DNA from: Candidatus Poribacteria bacterium
GTDB taxonomy: Bacteria > Poribacteria > WGA-4E > PCPOR2b
Direction of reading: 5' to 3'
DNA: 64,000 bases
Assembly (NCBI GenBank): GCA_965116925.1
Contig: OZ220744.1
Location: 6,240,001-6,304,000, forward strand
Position 1 is the stretch's first letter, and each line of letters opens with the position of its first letter. Shown here piece after piece: positions 20,133 through 30,900 of the stretch. A program made the position numbers and the translations under genes. A model generated the notes under the pieces. It searched no databases. It saw only the letters and a program-made list of their open reading frames with translations, and was not told the DNA's origin.

Positions 20133-21667
20133 GTGTCTGAGAAAGTTTATATTTTTGATACAACCCTGCGAGATGCCGAGCAAACACCCGGTGCCGCACT
20201 GAATCTTGAGGAAAAGCTGGAAATAGCGAAACATCTCGCAAAGCTGCAAGTCGATATTATCGAAGCCGGCTTCCCCGTCTCATCACCCGGCGATTTCGAT
20301 GCAGTGACACGTATTTCCAATGAGGTTGAAGGACCAGAAATTTGTGCGCTTTCACGCGTGGTCGAGAAAGACATTACCGCGGCGTGGGGGGCGATTAAAG
20401 ACGCACGGAAACCTCGTATTCACACGTTTGTTGGTACATCACCCATTCACCGAGAACGCATCACACGGACCTCTCCGAAGAGACACTACAGATGGCAATT
20501 GATGCCGTCACCTACGCGAAAGATCTATCTGCCGGACACCCCGGTGCAGTTATCGAATTTTCGCCGATGGACGCCGGACGCACGGAGCCAAGCTATCTTT
20601 ATGAAGTGGTCGAGGCGACAATTGCGGCGGGGGCGACAGTTGTGAACATCCCTGAAACGGTGGGCTGGACTGTACCGGCTGAATTCGGAAAACTGATCGC
20701 GGACATCAAAGCGAATGTCCCGAACATCGATCAAGCGATTATCAGTGTCCACTGCCATAACGACCTCGGATTCGCTGTTGCGAACAGTATCGCGGCGATT
20801 GAAAACGGGGCAAGGCAGGTTGAGTGCACGATCAACGGACTCGGCGAACGCGCCGGCAACACCTCGCTTGAAGAGGTTGTGATGGCAATCCGAACCCGTC
20901 GAGACTATTACGGCGACTACTATACCGACATCAATACGAAAGAGATCGTTCCGATTAGCCGTCGCGTCAGCCGGACGATGGGCATACCTGTCCAACCGAA
21001 CAAAGCCATCGTCGGTGAGAATGCGTTTGCACACAGTTCTGGCATCCATCAAGATGGTGTTATTAAGCAGCGAGATACCTTCGAGATTATTGATCCGGCA
21101 GATGTCGGCTGGCAAGAGAGTCAGATCATCCTCAGCCCGCGGTCCGGGCGCAACGCACTCAGGCACCGTCTGAATGCACTCGGTTATGAAGTGACGCAAA
21201 AGCAACTCGAAAAAGTCTATGAACGATTCCTCAGCGTCGCCGATAAGAAAAAAGAGGTTCACGATGCCGATCTTGAAGCGATCATGAGAGACGAGGTTCG
21301 CTCGATTCCTGAAACCTTCCAATTGGAATACATTCAGGTGGTCAGCGGGACCAAAATCTCTTCAACAACGACGGTGGGCGTCCGTACCGAAACGGGCATC
21401 GTTGAGGAAGCCTCCACCGGCGATGGTCCCGTTGATGCAGCCTACAAGGCAATTGATCGGGTCGCCAAGATTCCCCTACTGCTCACAGACTACAACATCA
21501 GAGCTGTGACCGAGGGAAAGGATGCCATCGGTGAGGTCACAATCAGGGTGCAGGACAACGGGCATGTAATTATTGGGCATGGTGCTAGCACGGACATTAT
21601 TGAAGCGAGCGCGAAAGCCTACATTGATGCCATCAACAAGGTTGTCCACCTGCGCTACGAAGAATAA
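20133..21667 (+). pseudogene. leuA: 2-isopropylmalate synthase with a single frameshift near 20477 (pseudogene or sequencing error)
   Basis: [16 protein letters not shown] and RIHTF lie in one frame; HCHNDLG, GERAGN, HQDG and GDGPVDA lie in another. Adding one G (CCG GAA GAG) restores a full gene. Confidence 0.85.
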
Positions 21668-21685
21668 GATCAGAAATCCATAAAC

Positions 21686-21731
21686 AAGAAAGCCGTAGGG
21701 GCACGATATACTGTGTCTCTACGGCTTTTTT
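21686..21731 (+). terminator. Intrinsic terminator after leuA
   Basis: AAAGCCGTAGGGGCAC...GTGTCTCTACGGCTTT stem with a T run. Confidence 0.75.
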
Positions 21732-21897
21732 ATTTTATCGGTTGATAACCCAAGTTGCTTAGACATTAACCACCTATCTGCTATTCGTGAATTTACTTGT
21801 CCCTTCCGCTCACTCTTGTTCCGTTATCGCTCTCCATAGAAACCTCTCAGCAAGTAGTCCGACTGTATAGGATTCAGACAATTTTTAGAAAAAAGTC

Positions 21898-21924
21898 GAA
21901 CTTTTTATCCTACCGTTTGCCTAA
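21898..21924 (+). promoter_or_regulatory. Possible ECF/sigmaE-like promoter for the secretin operon
   Basis: GAACTT, 16 nt, CCTAA; one mismatch to a GAACTT-N16-TCTAA type consensus. Confidence 0.3.
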
Positions 21925-21993
21925 CCATGACGAAAATCGATTTTCATAAGCCAGCAGTAAACTCATTCTACTTTTCTTATGGAGGAAAATATC

Positions 21994-22608
21994 ATGTTTT
22001 TCGCTTTGCAGAAGCCCAACCTATCAAGCCCCAAATTGAATCGTTCACTCGTAGCCATATTTATCATCGGTTTTGTACTATCAAGTGCATATTTCATTTC
22101 AGCACAAGAGGACACACGTCCCGATCGTTCCGATCTCCAACAGCAGAGGCGTGGGGAACGAGGCGAAGGGCGCAGGGGGCAATTTGATCCTGCACAGATG
22201 GCAGAACGACAAACCGAACGCGCTATTGAGGGTTTGAACTTGTCTGATGAAGAAGCCACTATTCTCGTGCCGAAAATCAAAGCCATTGCACAGCATCGCC
22301 TGCAACAACGTCAAGATTTGCGCCCATTTACACAAACCCTGCGCACATCGGTTGATGATGGGGATAGCACACAAATCAAAGCCGCACTGAAATCTTTCAA
22401 AGCGCATCAGGCTGCACAGAAGGAAAAAGCCGAAGCACTAGAGAAAGATCTCGTTGAACTGCTAACTGTGCGCCAAGAAGCGCAGTTGACCATCGCTGGT
22501 ATTGTCAACAATGAGAGTGGATTCGGCGGATTTGGCGGTCGTCGGGGACGACTCGGTGACGGAGAGAGACGTCGTGGTAACCGACCGGATAGACCACGGG
22601 GTAATTAA
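21994..22608 (+). CDS. Exported helical protein with Gly/Arg-rich tails
   Basis: GGAGG RBS, N-terminal hydrophobic segment, helical core (LNLSDEE) and a GFGGFGGRRG tail. Confidence 0.7.
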   Translation: MFFALQKPNLSSPKLNRSLVAIFIIGFVLSSAYFISAQEDTRPDRSDLQQQRRGERGEGRRGQFDPAQMAERQTERAIEGLNLSDEEATILVPKIKAIAQHRLQQRQDLRPFTQTLRTSVDDGDSTQIKAALKSFKAHQAAQKEKAEALEKDLVELLTVRQEAQLTIAGIVNNESGFGGFGGRRGRLGDGERRRGNRPDRPRGN

Positions 22609-22712
22609 TAGTATGGCAATTTGAGGAAGCGGCTAAGGGGACAATAGAGATGTACCTTCCCTTTAGCCGCTTCTCCTTGAACATAACACATCTAAGGTTG
22701 AGGGAGATACCA

Positions 22713-23228
22713 ATGAACCTTCAAACACTGTTCAGCGGATTTATCTTTGTCATCATGATATTCGTCATATCTGCGTGTGGAGGCACAAAGTTGCTTGATA
22801 TTGAAAAAACTTCAAGCGTCTTAAATCTCTCAGACACTCAACGCAGGATAGTACAATCCAAGGTGCAACAGATTGATGAGATTGTTGAGGATTATGAATT
22901 AGAGAAGGAAACATTGGAAGCCGGGTTCGCGGAAAGGCAAAATCAGATGCGTGCCGGTAGTGGCTTTGGTGGTCGTGGGAGCGGCGGGAGGCGTGGTGGT
23001 TCTCAGAATCAAATGCAGGTATTCTATCAGCAGCGTGCAGCTTTCCAAAAACAGATTGAAGCCTTAGTCGCAGAAATTCACGAAGTCCTCAACGAAGAAC
23101 AAAAAGAAAAATTCTTGGACATCAAACTGCCCGAACTAAAATTGCCGGAAATGGGACGTAGGGGCGGATTTGGTGGTGGTCGCAGACGGGGTGGAGGTCA
23201 AGGTGGATTTGGCGGTCTGGGCGGATAA
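22713..23228 (+). CDS. Predicted lipoprotein with a Spy/CpxP-like helical core and GFGGR tracts
   Basis: Lipobox ISAC; LNLSDTQ and VLNEEQKEKF (LTxxQ-like) motifs. Confidence 0.65.
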   Translation: MNLQTLFSGFIFVIMIFVISACGGTKLLDIEKTSSVLNLSDTQRRIVQSKVQQIDEIVEDYELEKETLEAGFAERQNQMRAGSGFGGRGSGGRRGGSQNQMQVFYQQRAAFQKQIEALVAEIHEVLNEEQKEKFLDIKLPELKLPEMGRRGGFGGGRRRGGGQGGFGGLGG

Positions 23229-23295
23229 CCGGCGAACCGATGCTATGCACCAAATGTCTGAAATCCGCAATTTGTATTCAAAGCTGTACCACTTA

Positions 23296-23399
23296 TAGTA
23301 GATTTTAGAATTAATGGGACACTCCAAATCGGCGCAGTTAGAAACAGCGCCTACCAAACATGGGGAGCGAAAGTGTTTATTTATTTTTTGAATTCACTA
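23296..23399. mobile_element. 104-bp MITE with TA target duplication and an internal GTAG-REP hairpin (copy 1)
   Basis: TA|TAGTAGATT...AATTCACTA|TA. It has the same length as, and closely matches, the copy at 56225-56328. Confidence 0.8.
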
Positions 23400-23431
23400 T
23401 AAATATCCTAAACTCACATTGGGGAGATAAC

Positions 23432-24694
23432 ATGATACGAAGATTTAACCGTTCAGCAAACATATTTTTTTATATTATGATTGTGCTTATGAGCAGCAGT
23501 ATAGTCGGGGCGGAAGAGCACGAATCAATAACTCAAATGGAATGGCATCAATGGCGAGGAGCGAATCGGGATGGGGTATCTCTCGAAACGGGGATCCTCA
23601 AGGCGTGGTCAGAAGCGGGGCCAAAAGAGTTGTGGCGGCTCCCACTTGGCGAGGGCTTTTCAGGAATCTCAGTTGCAAACGGACGTGCCTATACCATGTT
23701 CGCCAAAGGAGAGGACGAGGTTGTCGTATGCCTTGATGCGGAAACCGGAAAGGAGCTTTGGCGCTATCTTGATGACTGGTTTTACGCGGAACGTCAGGGT
23801 GGAAACGGACCGCGCTCCACACCAACGATTGATGGCGATACGGTTTACGTCCTGAGTGCTTTTGGTCGGCTTGTTGCACTCAACGCAAATACAGGAGAAG
23901 AACTCTGGGGCCACGATTTCACAAAAGCATTTTCGAGCTCAATGCCGCGCTGGGGTTTCTCGACATCACCCATTATTGAGGATAATCGGCTGCTCATTGA
24001 GGCCGGCGGCGCAAGCGACAACGCTATTGTTGCTTTTAACAAAGAGAGTGGAGAGCGTATTTGGGGGATGGCGACTTCGCCTTCCAGCTACTCCTCCCCG
24101 ATTCTTGTGACCGTCAACGGTGTCCGGCAGGCACTCTTTTTCGCGCGGGATGAACTCCTCGCTGTTTCACCTGAAGATGGAAGCGTGTATTGGCGTTATC
24201 CGTGGTATGGTGGGCGAAATAGCGATAATCGTGTAACACCCGTATTCATCTCACCTGATAAGGTCTTTATCTCCTCTCGTAGTGGTGATGCCGGGGTTGT
24301 CCTACGGATTGCCGGGACAGATGACGATATGCGCGTCGAAGAGGTGTGGCGAAGCCATACGATGATTAATGGCTTTTCCACAACCGTACTTCATGAAGGT
24401 TACATCTACGGTTTCTCAAACACCATCTTTAAGTGTGTCAATGCTGATACAGGCGAGGAAAAGTGGAAGACCCGCGGCTTCGGTCAAGGCACGGTTATCT
24501 ATGCGGATCATCATCTTATCGTCCTCGGTGAACATGGGAACCTCGCGCTCGTTGAAGCGACTCCGGAAGCGTACCGTGAAATTGCACAGACGCAAGTCCT
24601 TTCCGGACGGTGCTGGACTGCTCCCACACTATCTGGCGGTAAACTTTACCTGCGAAACCATCAAGAGATAGTCTGTCTGGATCTAAGAGACTAG
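23432..24694 (+). CDS. PQQ-like (BamB-like) beta-propeller protein with signal peptide
   Basis: WHQWRGANRDG, repeated DAETGKELW/TGEELW/TGEEKW blades and PRSTPT. Confidence 0.88.
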   Translation: MIRRFNRSANIFFYIMIVLMSSSIVGAEEHESITQMEWHQWRGANRDGVSLETGILKAWSEAGPKELWRLPLGEGFSGISVANGRAYTMFAKGEDEVVVCLDAETGKELWRYLDDWFYAERQGGNGPRSTPTIDGDTVYVLSAFGRLVALNANTGEELWGHDFTKAFSSSMPRWGFSTSPIIEDNRLLIEAGGASDNAIVAFNKESGERIWGMATSPSSYSSPILVTVNGVRQALFFARDELLAVSPEDGSVYWRYPWYGGRNSDNRVTPVFISPDKVFISSRSGDAGVVLRIAGTDDDMRVEEVWRSHTMINGFSTTVLHEGYIYGFSNTIFKCVNADTGEEKWKTRGFGQGTVIYADHHLIVLGEHGNLALVEATPEAYREIAQTQVLSGRCWTAPTLSGGKLYLRNHQEIVCLDLRD

Positions 24695-24706
24695 GGAGAA
24701 TAGTCG

Positions 24707-25399
24707 GTGAAAAATATTATCGCCTTATTAATTGTGAGTGTTACCATTTTGGGATTCATCATATATTTCATTATGTCCAAGATGGTACAGAGCGATACAA
24801 TCCTCAAATCGTTTCAACTTCCACAAAAAGTACATCCATCTAAGCCCGCTTTCTCCGAATCAGAGCGGGCTTTTCCACTTTCCCCGGAACTAAAGGATTA
24901 CGAGGTTATTGCTGAAAACGACCTATTTCGACCGCTCGGTTGGAAAAAGGAGATCCAATCGCTGGAGGAACCCACCCCTACAGTTATCCCTGAACCGATT
25001 GTTGAAATACTGCCACCGCCGCCGACCTATACACTGGTCCTGACTGGAATCGCCAAAAGTGGTTCGGATTGGATTGCCGTTGTCGAAGACCTGAAGCGAG
25101 ACGAAGGCGCATTTCTCCGACGCGGTGAGATGCTAAAGGATGTGCGCGTACAAAATATTATGTCCGAACATATCACGCTAACTCGCGGCGAGATGACCGT
25201 TCAACTCGCTCTAGGAGAAAGTATTGAATATGGAATAGATGAACGGCTGCGCTTCGATACCGCTGGGGCAGTGAAAATGCCAGAGCTTCCCAACAAAACG
25301 GACGCGCTTTCGCAAACACAAGCGTATAGTGGGGATGACGGTGAACAAAGTCTTATTGAACGGATGCGAGCAAGGAGAAGAGAGGAGTTAAATCAATGA
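24707..25399 (+). CDS. GspC/PilP-like membrane-anchored secretin partner
   Basis: N-terminal TM, NDLFRP, a Pro-rich linker and LVLTGI...AVVED...GE...VQNI..EHITL; overlaps the secretin start. Confidence 0.6.
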   Translation: MKNIIALLIVSVTILGFIIYFIMSKMVQSDTILKSFQLPQKVHPSKPAFSESERAFPLSPELKDYEVIAENDLFRPLGWKKEIQSLEEPTPTVIPEPIVEILPPPPTYTLVLTGIAKSGSDWIAVVEDLKRDEGAFLRRGEMLKDVRVQNIMSEHITLTRGEMTVQLALGESIEYGIDERLRFDTAGAVKMPELPNKTDALSQTQAYSGDDGEQSLIERMRARRREELNQ

Positions 25400-27816
25400 T
25401 AAAATCTCTGAGATGGGAATTTAGCCTCATTTGTTTACTGCTTCTTCTCCTCACGATGCCTATTTTGGTGTTTGGTCAAGATGGTATCACTCAAGAAGAA
25501 ACCGAATCGAAACGCATCTCTATGCGATTCAAAGATGCTTCGCTCGAACATATTTTGGAATTTATCTCCGATGCAACAGGTTATACCATCGTCAAATCGG
25601 CGGATCTGGATATGCGCGTCACCATCATCAGTCCTGACGACATGCCGTTGGATGAGGCGTTTTCAGTGTTGAACACAACCCTAGCAATCAAAGGATATAC
25701 CAGCATCCTTAATGGGCGCAGCCTAAAAATCGTTCCGCTAGCGGAGGCAAAGCTTGAAGCGACACCGATACGGATTGGAAGCGATCCGGAGGAGATTAAA
25801 TCCGAGGATACCATTACCACGCAGGTGATGCCGCTCTCTGCGGCGGATGCCACACAGCTTGTCAAAGATCTCAAGGATTTCGTGCCACAATACGGTGTAA
25901 TGACCGCCTATGGTCGGAGCAATACGTTAATCATCACAGCATCTTCAGCGAATATCAAAAGGTTAGCGGAAATTGTCCAGGAACTCGATATTTCAATGAT
26001 AGATCGGATCAAGATTGAGGTGTTTTCGTTGCAATATGCGGACGCTACCAAGTTAGCCGAAGTTATTACCAAACTGTATGAGAAGCCGCAGGACGCCGAA
26101 GCCGCAGCAGAACAAACACGACAGCAGCGGGGACGGCGCGGCGGGTTCGGTGGAGGGCGCTTTGGTGGAGGTGGTGGGGAAGCTGAAACCACAACTGAGG
26201 AAAGTAGTCCTACAGAGGGCGGTGCGTTGCAGCTGCTCGGCGAAGTCAAAGCGGTCGCCGATGAAAACACCAACTCGCTAATCGTATCCGCTAGCCAACC
26301 AAACCTCATAGCGATTCGCAGGCTGGTTGCAGAGCTAGACACACAACGTTTTTCTCAGCCGGAGACACGCGTGTTTTCGCTGAAATACGGTGATGCGACG
26401 GAGATTGCCAATGAGCTTAACCAAGCCTTCTCCAGTGCTGCGCGAAATGTCTTCACTGGTGGTGGGTTTGGCGGATTTGGTGGATTCGGTGGTAGAGGCA
26501 GAGATAGACGTTTTTTTGAAGAGCAACAGCAACGGCAACAGCAGAGTGGCCAAAGTGGTGAAGGTGTACTTGGCTTACCAGAGTTAGTTGCGGTCCCGGA
26601 TGCACGAACCAATTCCGTGATGGTAACAACGACCGCAGAGCAGATGGATGCTGTTGGTAAGCTCATCAAACAACTCGACCGGGACATCGCGGACTTTGCT
26701 GAGGACACCCGGATTTTTACCCTTGAACACGCGGATGCGGCAAACGTATCAGGTGTGCTCAACGAACTCCTTTCTACCGAACTCTTTGAGCGTCAAGCAG
26801 CAACCCGCACAAATTTCATAGGGGGTGGATTTGGTGGGTTCGGGGGTGGATTCGGAGGAGGCTTTGGCGGCAGAACATCAGGCGCCGGTGCGTTAGGTTC
26901 AGGTGCACAGACCGCCGATGCTGCACGCGGGCTCACAGGCAATGTGAAGATCGTTGCCGATGAGGAGACAAACGCCCTGCTCATTACTACATTTGTCCGA
27001 AACTTTCCCGCCGTTGAAAAACTGGTCAAACAGCTCGATGTGTTACTCCCTCAAGTTCTCATTGAGGCACAGATTATTGAGGTGACGCTAGATGATGATA
27101 GTGCGTTTGGAGTCGAGTGGATGTGGGAACAGGGGACAAGCCTCAACGATAAAACCTATCAGCAGGGCGGAACGACCGATTTTGGGCTGACCGATGAGAT
27201 TTTCGGTCTGAAATACGGCATCCTCTCCAGCAAATTGGACACAATGCTCCACGCCCTGACGAAGGATACAAAAGTCAATATCCTCTCTACGCCGCGGGTC
27301 ATGACCAAAAACAATCAAGAAGCAGTTATCAACGTCGGTCAAGCGGTGCCGTTCCTCGTCAGTACACAGGAGACAGCGACGGGGGGCATCTTAACCAGCA
27401 CAGATTTTCGGGATGTCGGTGTCATCCTAACGGTTACGCCGCGCATCAACCGATCTGGAACCGTTTCCCTCGATGTCAATCAACAGATCAACAGTTTGGT
27501 TGAGTTTACCCTGTTCGATGCTCCAATCATCTCCACACGCGAGGCGTCGGCGTTCGTGACAATCAAGGACAAACAGACGATGGTTATCGGTGGGATGATT
27601 AAGGACGACAAAACGGAGACCGTTCACAAGATACCGGTGTTGGGAGATATTCCGCTGCTGGGCAAGCTGTTTCGGCGAACAGACACGCGGGTTGAAAAAA
27701 CGGAGTTGATGGTGTTCATCACGCCGCATGTGGTCTATACCGATGCGGACGCAGATCGGGTGACAGCGGAGCAGAGAGAGAAATTACATCTCCAGAATGG
27801 CAGAACAGGCAACTAG
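25396..27816 (+). CDS. gspD: Type II secretion-type secretin
   Basis: N0 and N-domain repeats (D.RTNSLIV...LD), PQVLIEAQIIEV, DVGVILTVTPRI and KIPVLGDIPLLGKLFR...TELMVFITP. Confidence 0.9.
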   Translation: MIKSLRWEFSLICLLLLLLTMPILVFGQDGITQEETESKRISMRFKDASLEHILEFISDATGYTIVKSADLDMRVTIISPDDMPLDEAFSVLNTTLAIKGYTSILNGRSLKIVPLAEAKLEATPIRIGSDPEEIKSEDTITTQVMPLSAADATQLVKDLKDFVPQYGVMTAYGRSNTLIITASSANIKRLAEIVQELDISMIDRIKIEVFSLQYADATKLAEVITKLYEKPQDAEAAAEQTRQQRGRRGGFGGGRFGGGGGEAETTTEESSPTEGGALQLLGEVKAVADENTNSLIVSASQPNLIAIRRLVAELDTQRFSQPETRVFSLKYGDATEIANELNQAFSSAARNVFTGGGFGGFGGFGGRGRDRRFFEEQQQRQQQSGQSGEGVLGLPELVAVPDARTNSVMVTTTAEQMDAVGKLIKQLDRDIADFAEDTRIFTLEHADAANVSGVLNELLSTELFERQAATRTNFIGGGFGGFGGGFGGGFGGRTSGAGALGSGAQTADAARGLTGNVKIVADEETNALLITTFVRNFPAVEKLVKQLDVLLPQVLIEAQIIEVTLDDDSAFGVEWMWEQGTSLNDKTYQQGGTTDFGLTDEIFGLKYGILSSKLDTMLHALTKDTKVNILSTPRVMTKNNQEAVINVGQAVPFLVSTQETATGGILTSTDFRDVGVILTVTPRINRSGTVSLDVNQQINSLVEFTLFDAPIISTREASAFVTIKDKQTMVIGGMIKDDKTETVHKIPVLGDIPLLGKLFRRTDTRVEKTELMVFITPHVVYTDADADRVTAEQREKLHLQNGRTGN

Positions 27817-27938
27817 GGTTAGAGCGAAACAGTTCCCGTTGTCTGGCGATATGGGTAATGATCTATTTTTTGTCAGGCCGAATGCGTAAATTTTACAATC
27901 CTTATAGAAACTACATCCTTATCGACTAGCACGAAAAG

Positions 27939-30900
27939 TTAATAGGTACTCTGCATCTGGACCCCACTTAGCGCACTCCGACGCAGTCGGTCAAACGTCG
28001 TAACATTTGTGGATTGAATCGCCCGGTTCTTACGTTCAAGGTGCCGACGATAATCTGTCACCTCGCGTGGACGGGAGTCCTGTCGTGTCGGTTGTGCTCC
28101 TCCGTGTGGTGTGCCAAGCCACGATGTCCCACGATGAAACGCATAACGGTTCTCAGCATCGCGGGCGATGACCGTCGCCGTGCCCCGTAAGTCATCGGCG
28201 ATGAAAATGCCGCGGAGATCGGTTTCACCGGAGACGAAACGCGCAGCTGCAGAGCCAACCACTTTGACGTGGACTTTCGATTGGTACTTCTCCGCGACTG
28301 CGTTTCGCACATTGACACGCACCCGCCCGCTCACCGTGCCCTCCTGCACTTCAATTTCCAACGGCGTAATCAGGACTAAACCGCTTGTAAACAGATTATC
28401 CCCTCGACAGATGACGAGATATGCCCCCTCCTCCGTGAGTGGCAGAGTGATTTCGCGGCTTTTGTCGATATAATCTTTCCCGTCACCGAGTGGAACAGTT
28501 TGGCTGACCGCTGGCTCAATTCCGACGAGATGTGCTTGAGTCACTTGGCTTAAGTTTTTCTCCCTCAGATAGAGTTTCATCAGGTCGACCCGGTACACCT
28601 GAACCACAGCTGTTTTGATATTGCGATATTTGAGCGTCAACACCACATCCGTATCCGGTCGCTTGATAGTGACTTCAGGAAGGGCGATCTGCTGCGCTTC
28701 AAAGTGAGCGATGGACTCGTCGGCGTCGGGATAAATTTTCCTGACCTTGTTGTACCATACTATTGCCTGTTCTGGTTTCTCTTGAACGTGATAAATCTGT
28801 CCAAGGATGTATCGCGCAAAATCGCGATCTTCGCTCTCGCTTGATGCGACGGTGGTCGCTGCTCCGATGGCTTGCTCATGGGCGTGTAGCGAGAAGAATC
28901 CGAGTGCCTCCATGTACTGAAAACTACTCAGTAAATCGCTCTCCGGGTAGCGCACCTGATTCAGCTGACACAGTTGTACCATACCCTCGAAATCTTCCAC
29001 ATCCATCAAGACGTTCGCTAGTGAAAATCCTGCATCATCGGCGAGCGGGTTCATCGGATACAAGGTTAAGAATTGGTAGAGCGTCTTTGCTGTCCACGCT
29101 AGTATTTCCCGTTTCGTTACCGTTTGTGATTTCCCATCCCTGTTTTCCTGTATTTTCTCATCTTTCCTTGCGTAAAGGGCTTGAGAGAGCGTGAAGTAAG
29201 CAGGGATGGTTGTGGCGGTGTCAGGGTACTCGCGCCATAACTCCTCCATGAATCTAAGCGAACGCAGGAATTTCCCCTCGTCCTGAAGTGTGGCACTGAC
29301 ATTGGCATCATTCACAAAGCTGGATTCAATCGTTGAACGGTGGACAAACGTCGCTCGCTCAAACTCTCCAATATCCCGATATGCAGTACCAACTGCCCGA
29401 ATCTTGTCAAACGGGATGTACACCTCGGGATAACGCTCGCGTGACAACTCGAACGTCTCGACCACTTTTCTAGCGTCGTAGTGTGCTTTTGTGGTGTACA
29501 TCCACAACAGCATCTGCATAGTTTCTTTCTTGATGTAATAGGAGCTATCCGCGTGAAGTTTTTCAAGCAGCGGGAGCGCGTCGCTATACCTGCCATCGTC
29601 AAAATACGCTTTTCCGAGCGTGTACGCCTCGTTATCGTTCATGTGGTATTGGTCAGGGGATTTTTCACCGGGTCCTAACACGGTCAATGAAGCCACCATT
29701 CCGAGCCGCATGTCACCGGGGTGTTGTGCATCACGGATGACCGTCGGGAGGACGCGGTACTCGCCGGGGATGTAGCTGATTAACTGATAGGTGTAGTGGC
29801 GCACGTTCCCTCCGGGTTTATAGTAGAGGTGAATCACTCCGTCTCCCAGTTCGTAATAATGAAAATCACCTTTAACACTTCCGTCGACAACCGTCGTCCC
29901 AGCGGGAAAATACTCATCAACGACGAGGTGCCGATCTTTATCCTGACGATGGGACAGAATGCTGTCTCTTCCGTGACTAATATTGATGGCGACATCCGTT
30001 CTCATCCCGGCTTCCAGCTGTGTAATTTGCGTCGTGCTCCGCGCCTCAATTGGTCGTCCCTCATACTCTAGCGGCGTGTGATGGTAACGACGCGTTATCT
30101 GTGTTTTTTTCCAGTTCTCTGCTGTCTCCAGTTTAGTTCCGACCCAACTTGGAATCAGTGGCGAAAACCCGTTGAGTGTGACAAGGTAGGTATACGTCCC
30201 CCGCCCATCCATTCGCATCTCGACGCTGTTCTGTCCGTCGATAATGTGGCTGATCGGCACCTCGATTAAGTGATTTGCTGAGTCTTGACGCACCACAATC
30301 GTTTCGAGCGCCTTACCGTTCACGAGTACACTCAGTTTGTAGTCATTTGTGGTGTGTTGCGTCTCCTGATAGTAGGTTGCCAGCGCGGCGACAACAGGAC
30401 CCTTGGCGGTGTATGGCGAATAACCGTCGTAACGGCGCTGCCCGGTCAAATATTCGACCGCCTGCTTGATCCATGGCGAATTTGGGCGGACCGCTTCCAG
30501 TCCTAGCAACGCCAATGCGATGGTTTCCACTTGACTTGACCCTGGGGACGACGGGAAAATTTTCTCCCCGCTCTTGCGCGGTGAAGGTGTGGATAATAGG
30601 TCGCGACGCTCCAACACATTGAGTATTTCTCCTGCAATTTCCAATCGCTCTAGATTCACAAAGATCAGTGCGGTGTATGCCAACGCAGTGTCGGTCATCT
30701 GATTTCGCCTCCGATACAGTCGGTTCGCGTATGCAAAATCCGCTTCACCGAGCGTTGAGAGGGCGTGGAGGATAACTGCCTTTGTGTCGTTGTCCTGCTG
30801 ATCGATTTGAGCGAACGCCGTTTTGAGATAGGTTGTGGTTCTTGCAATCGTTGGGGCGTCCACAGCGACGCCCGCCTGACGTGCGGCATCCATCGCCCAG

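Noticed and set aside
20470..20490. Programmed ribosomal frameshift in leuA
   Set aside because: No slippery heptamer or evident stimulatory structure; a single G loss explains it.
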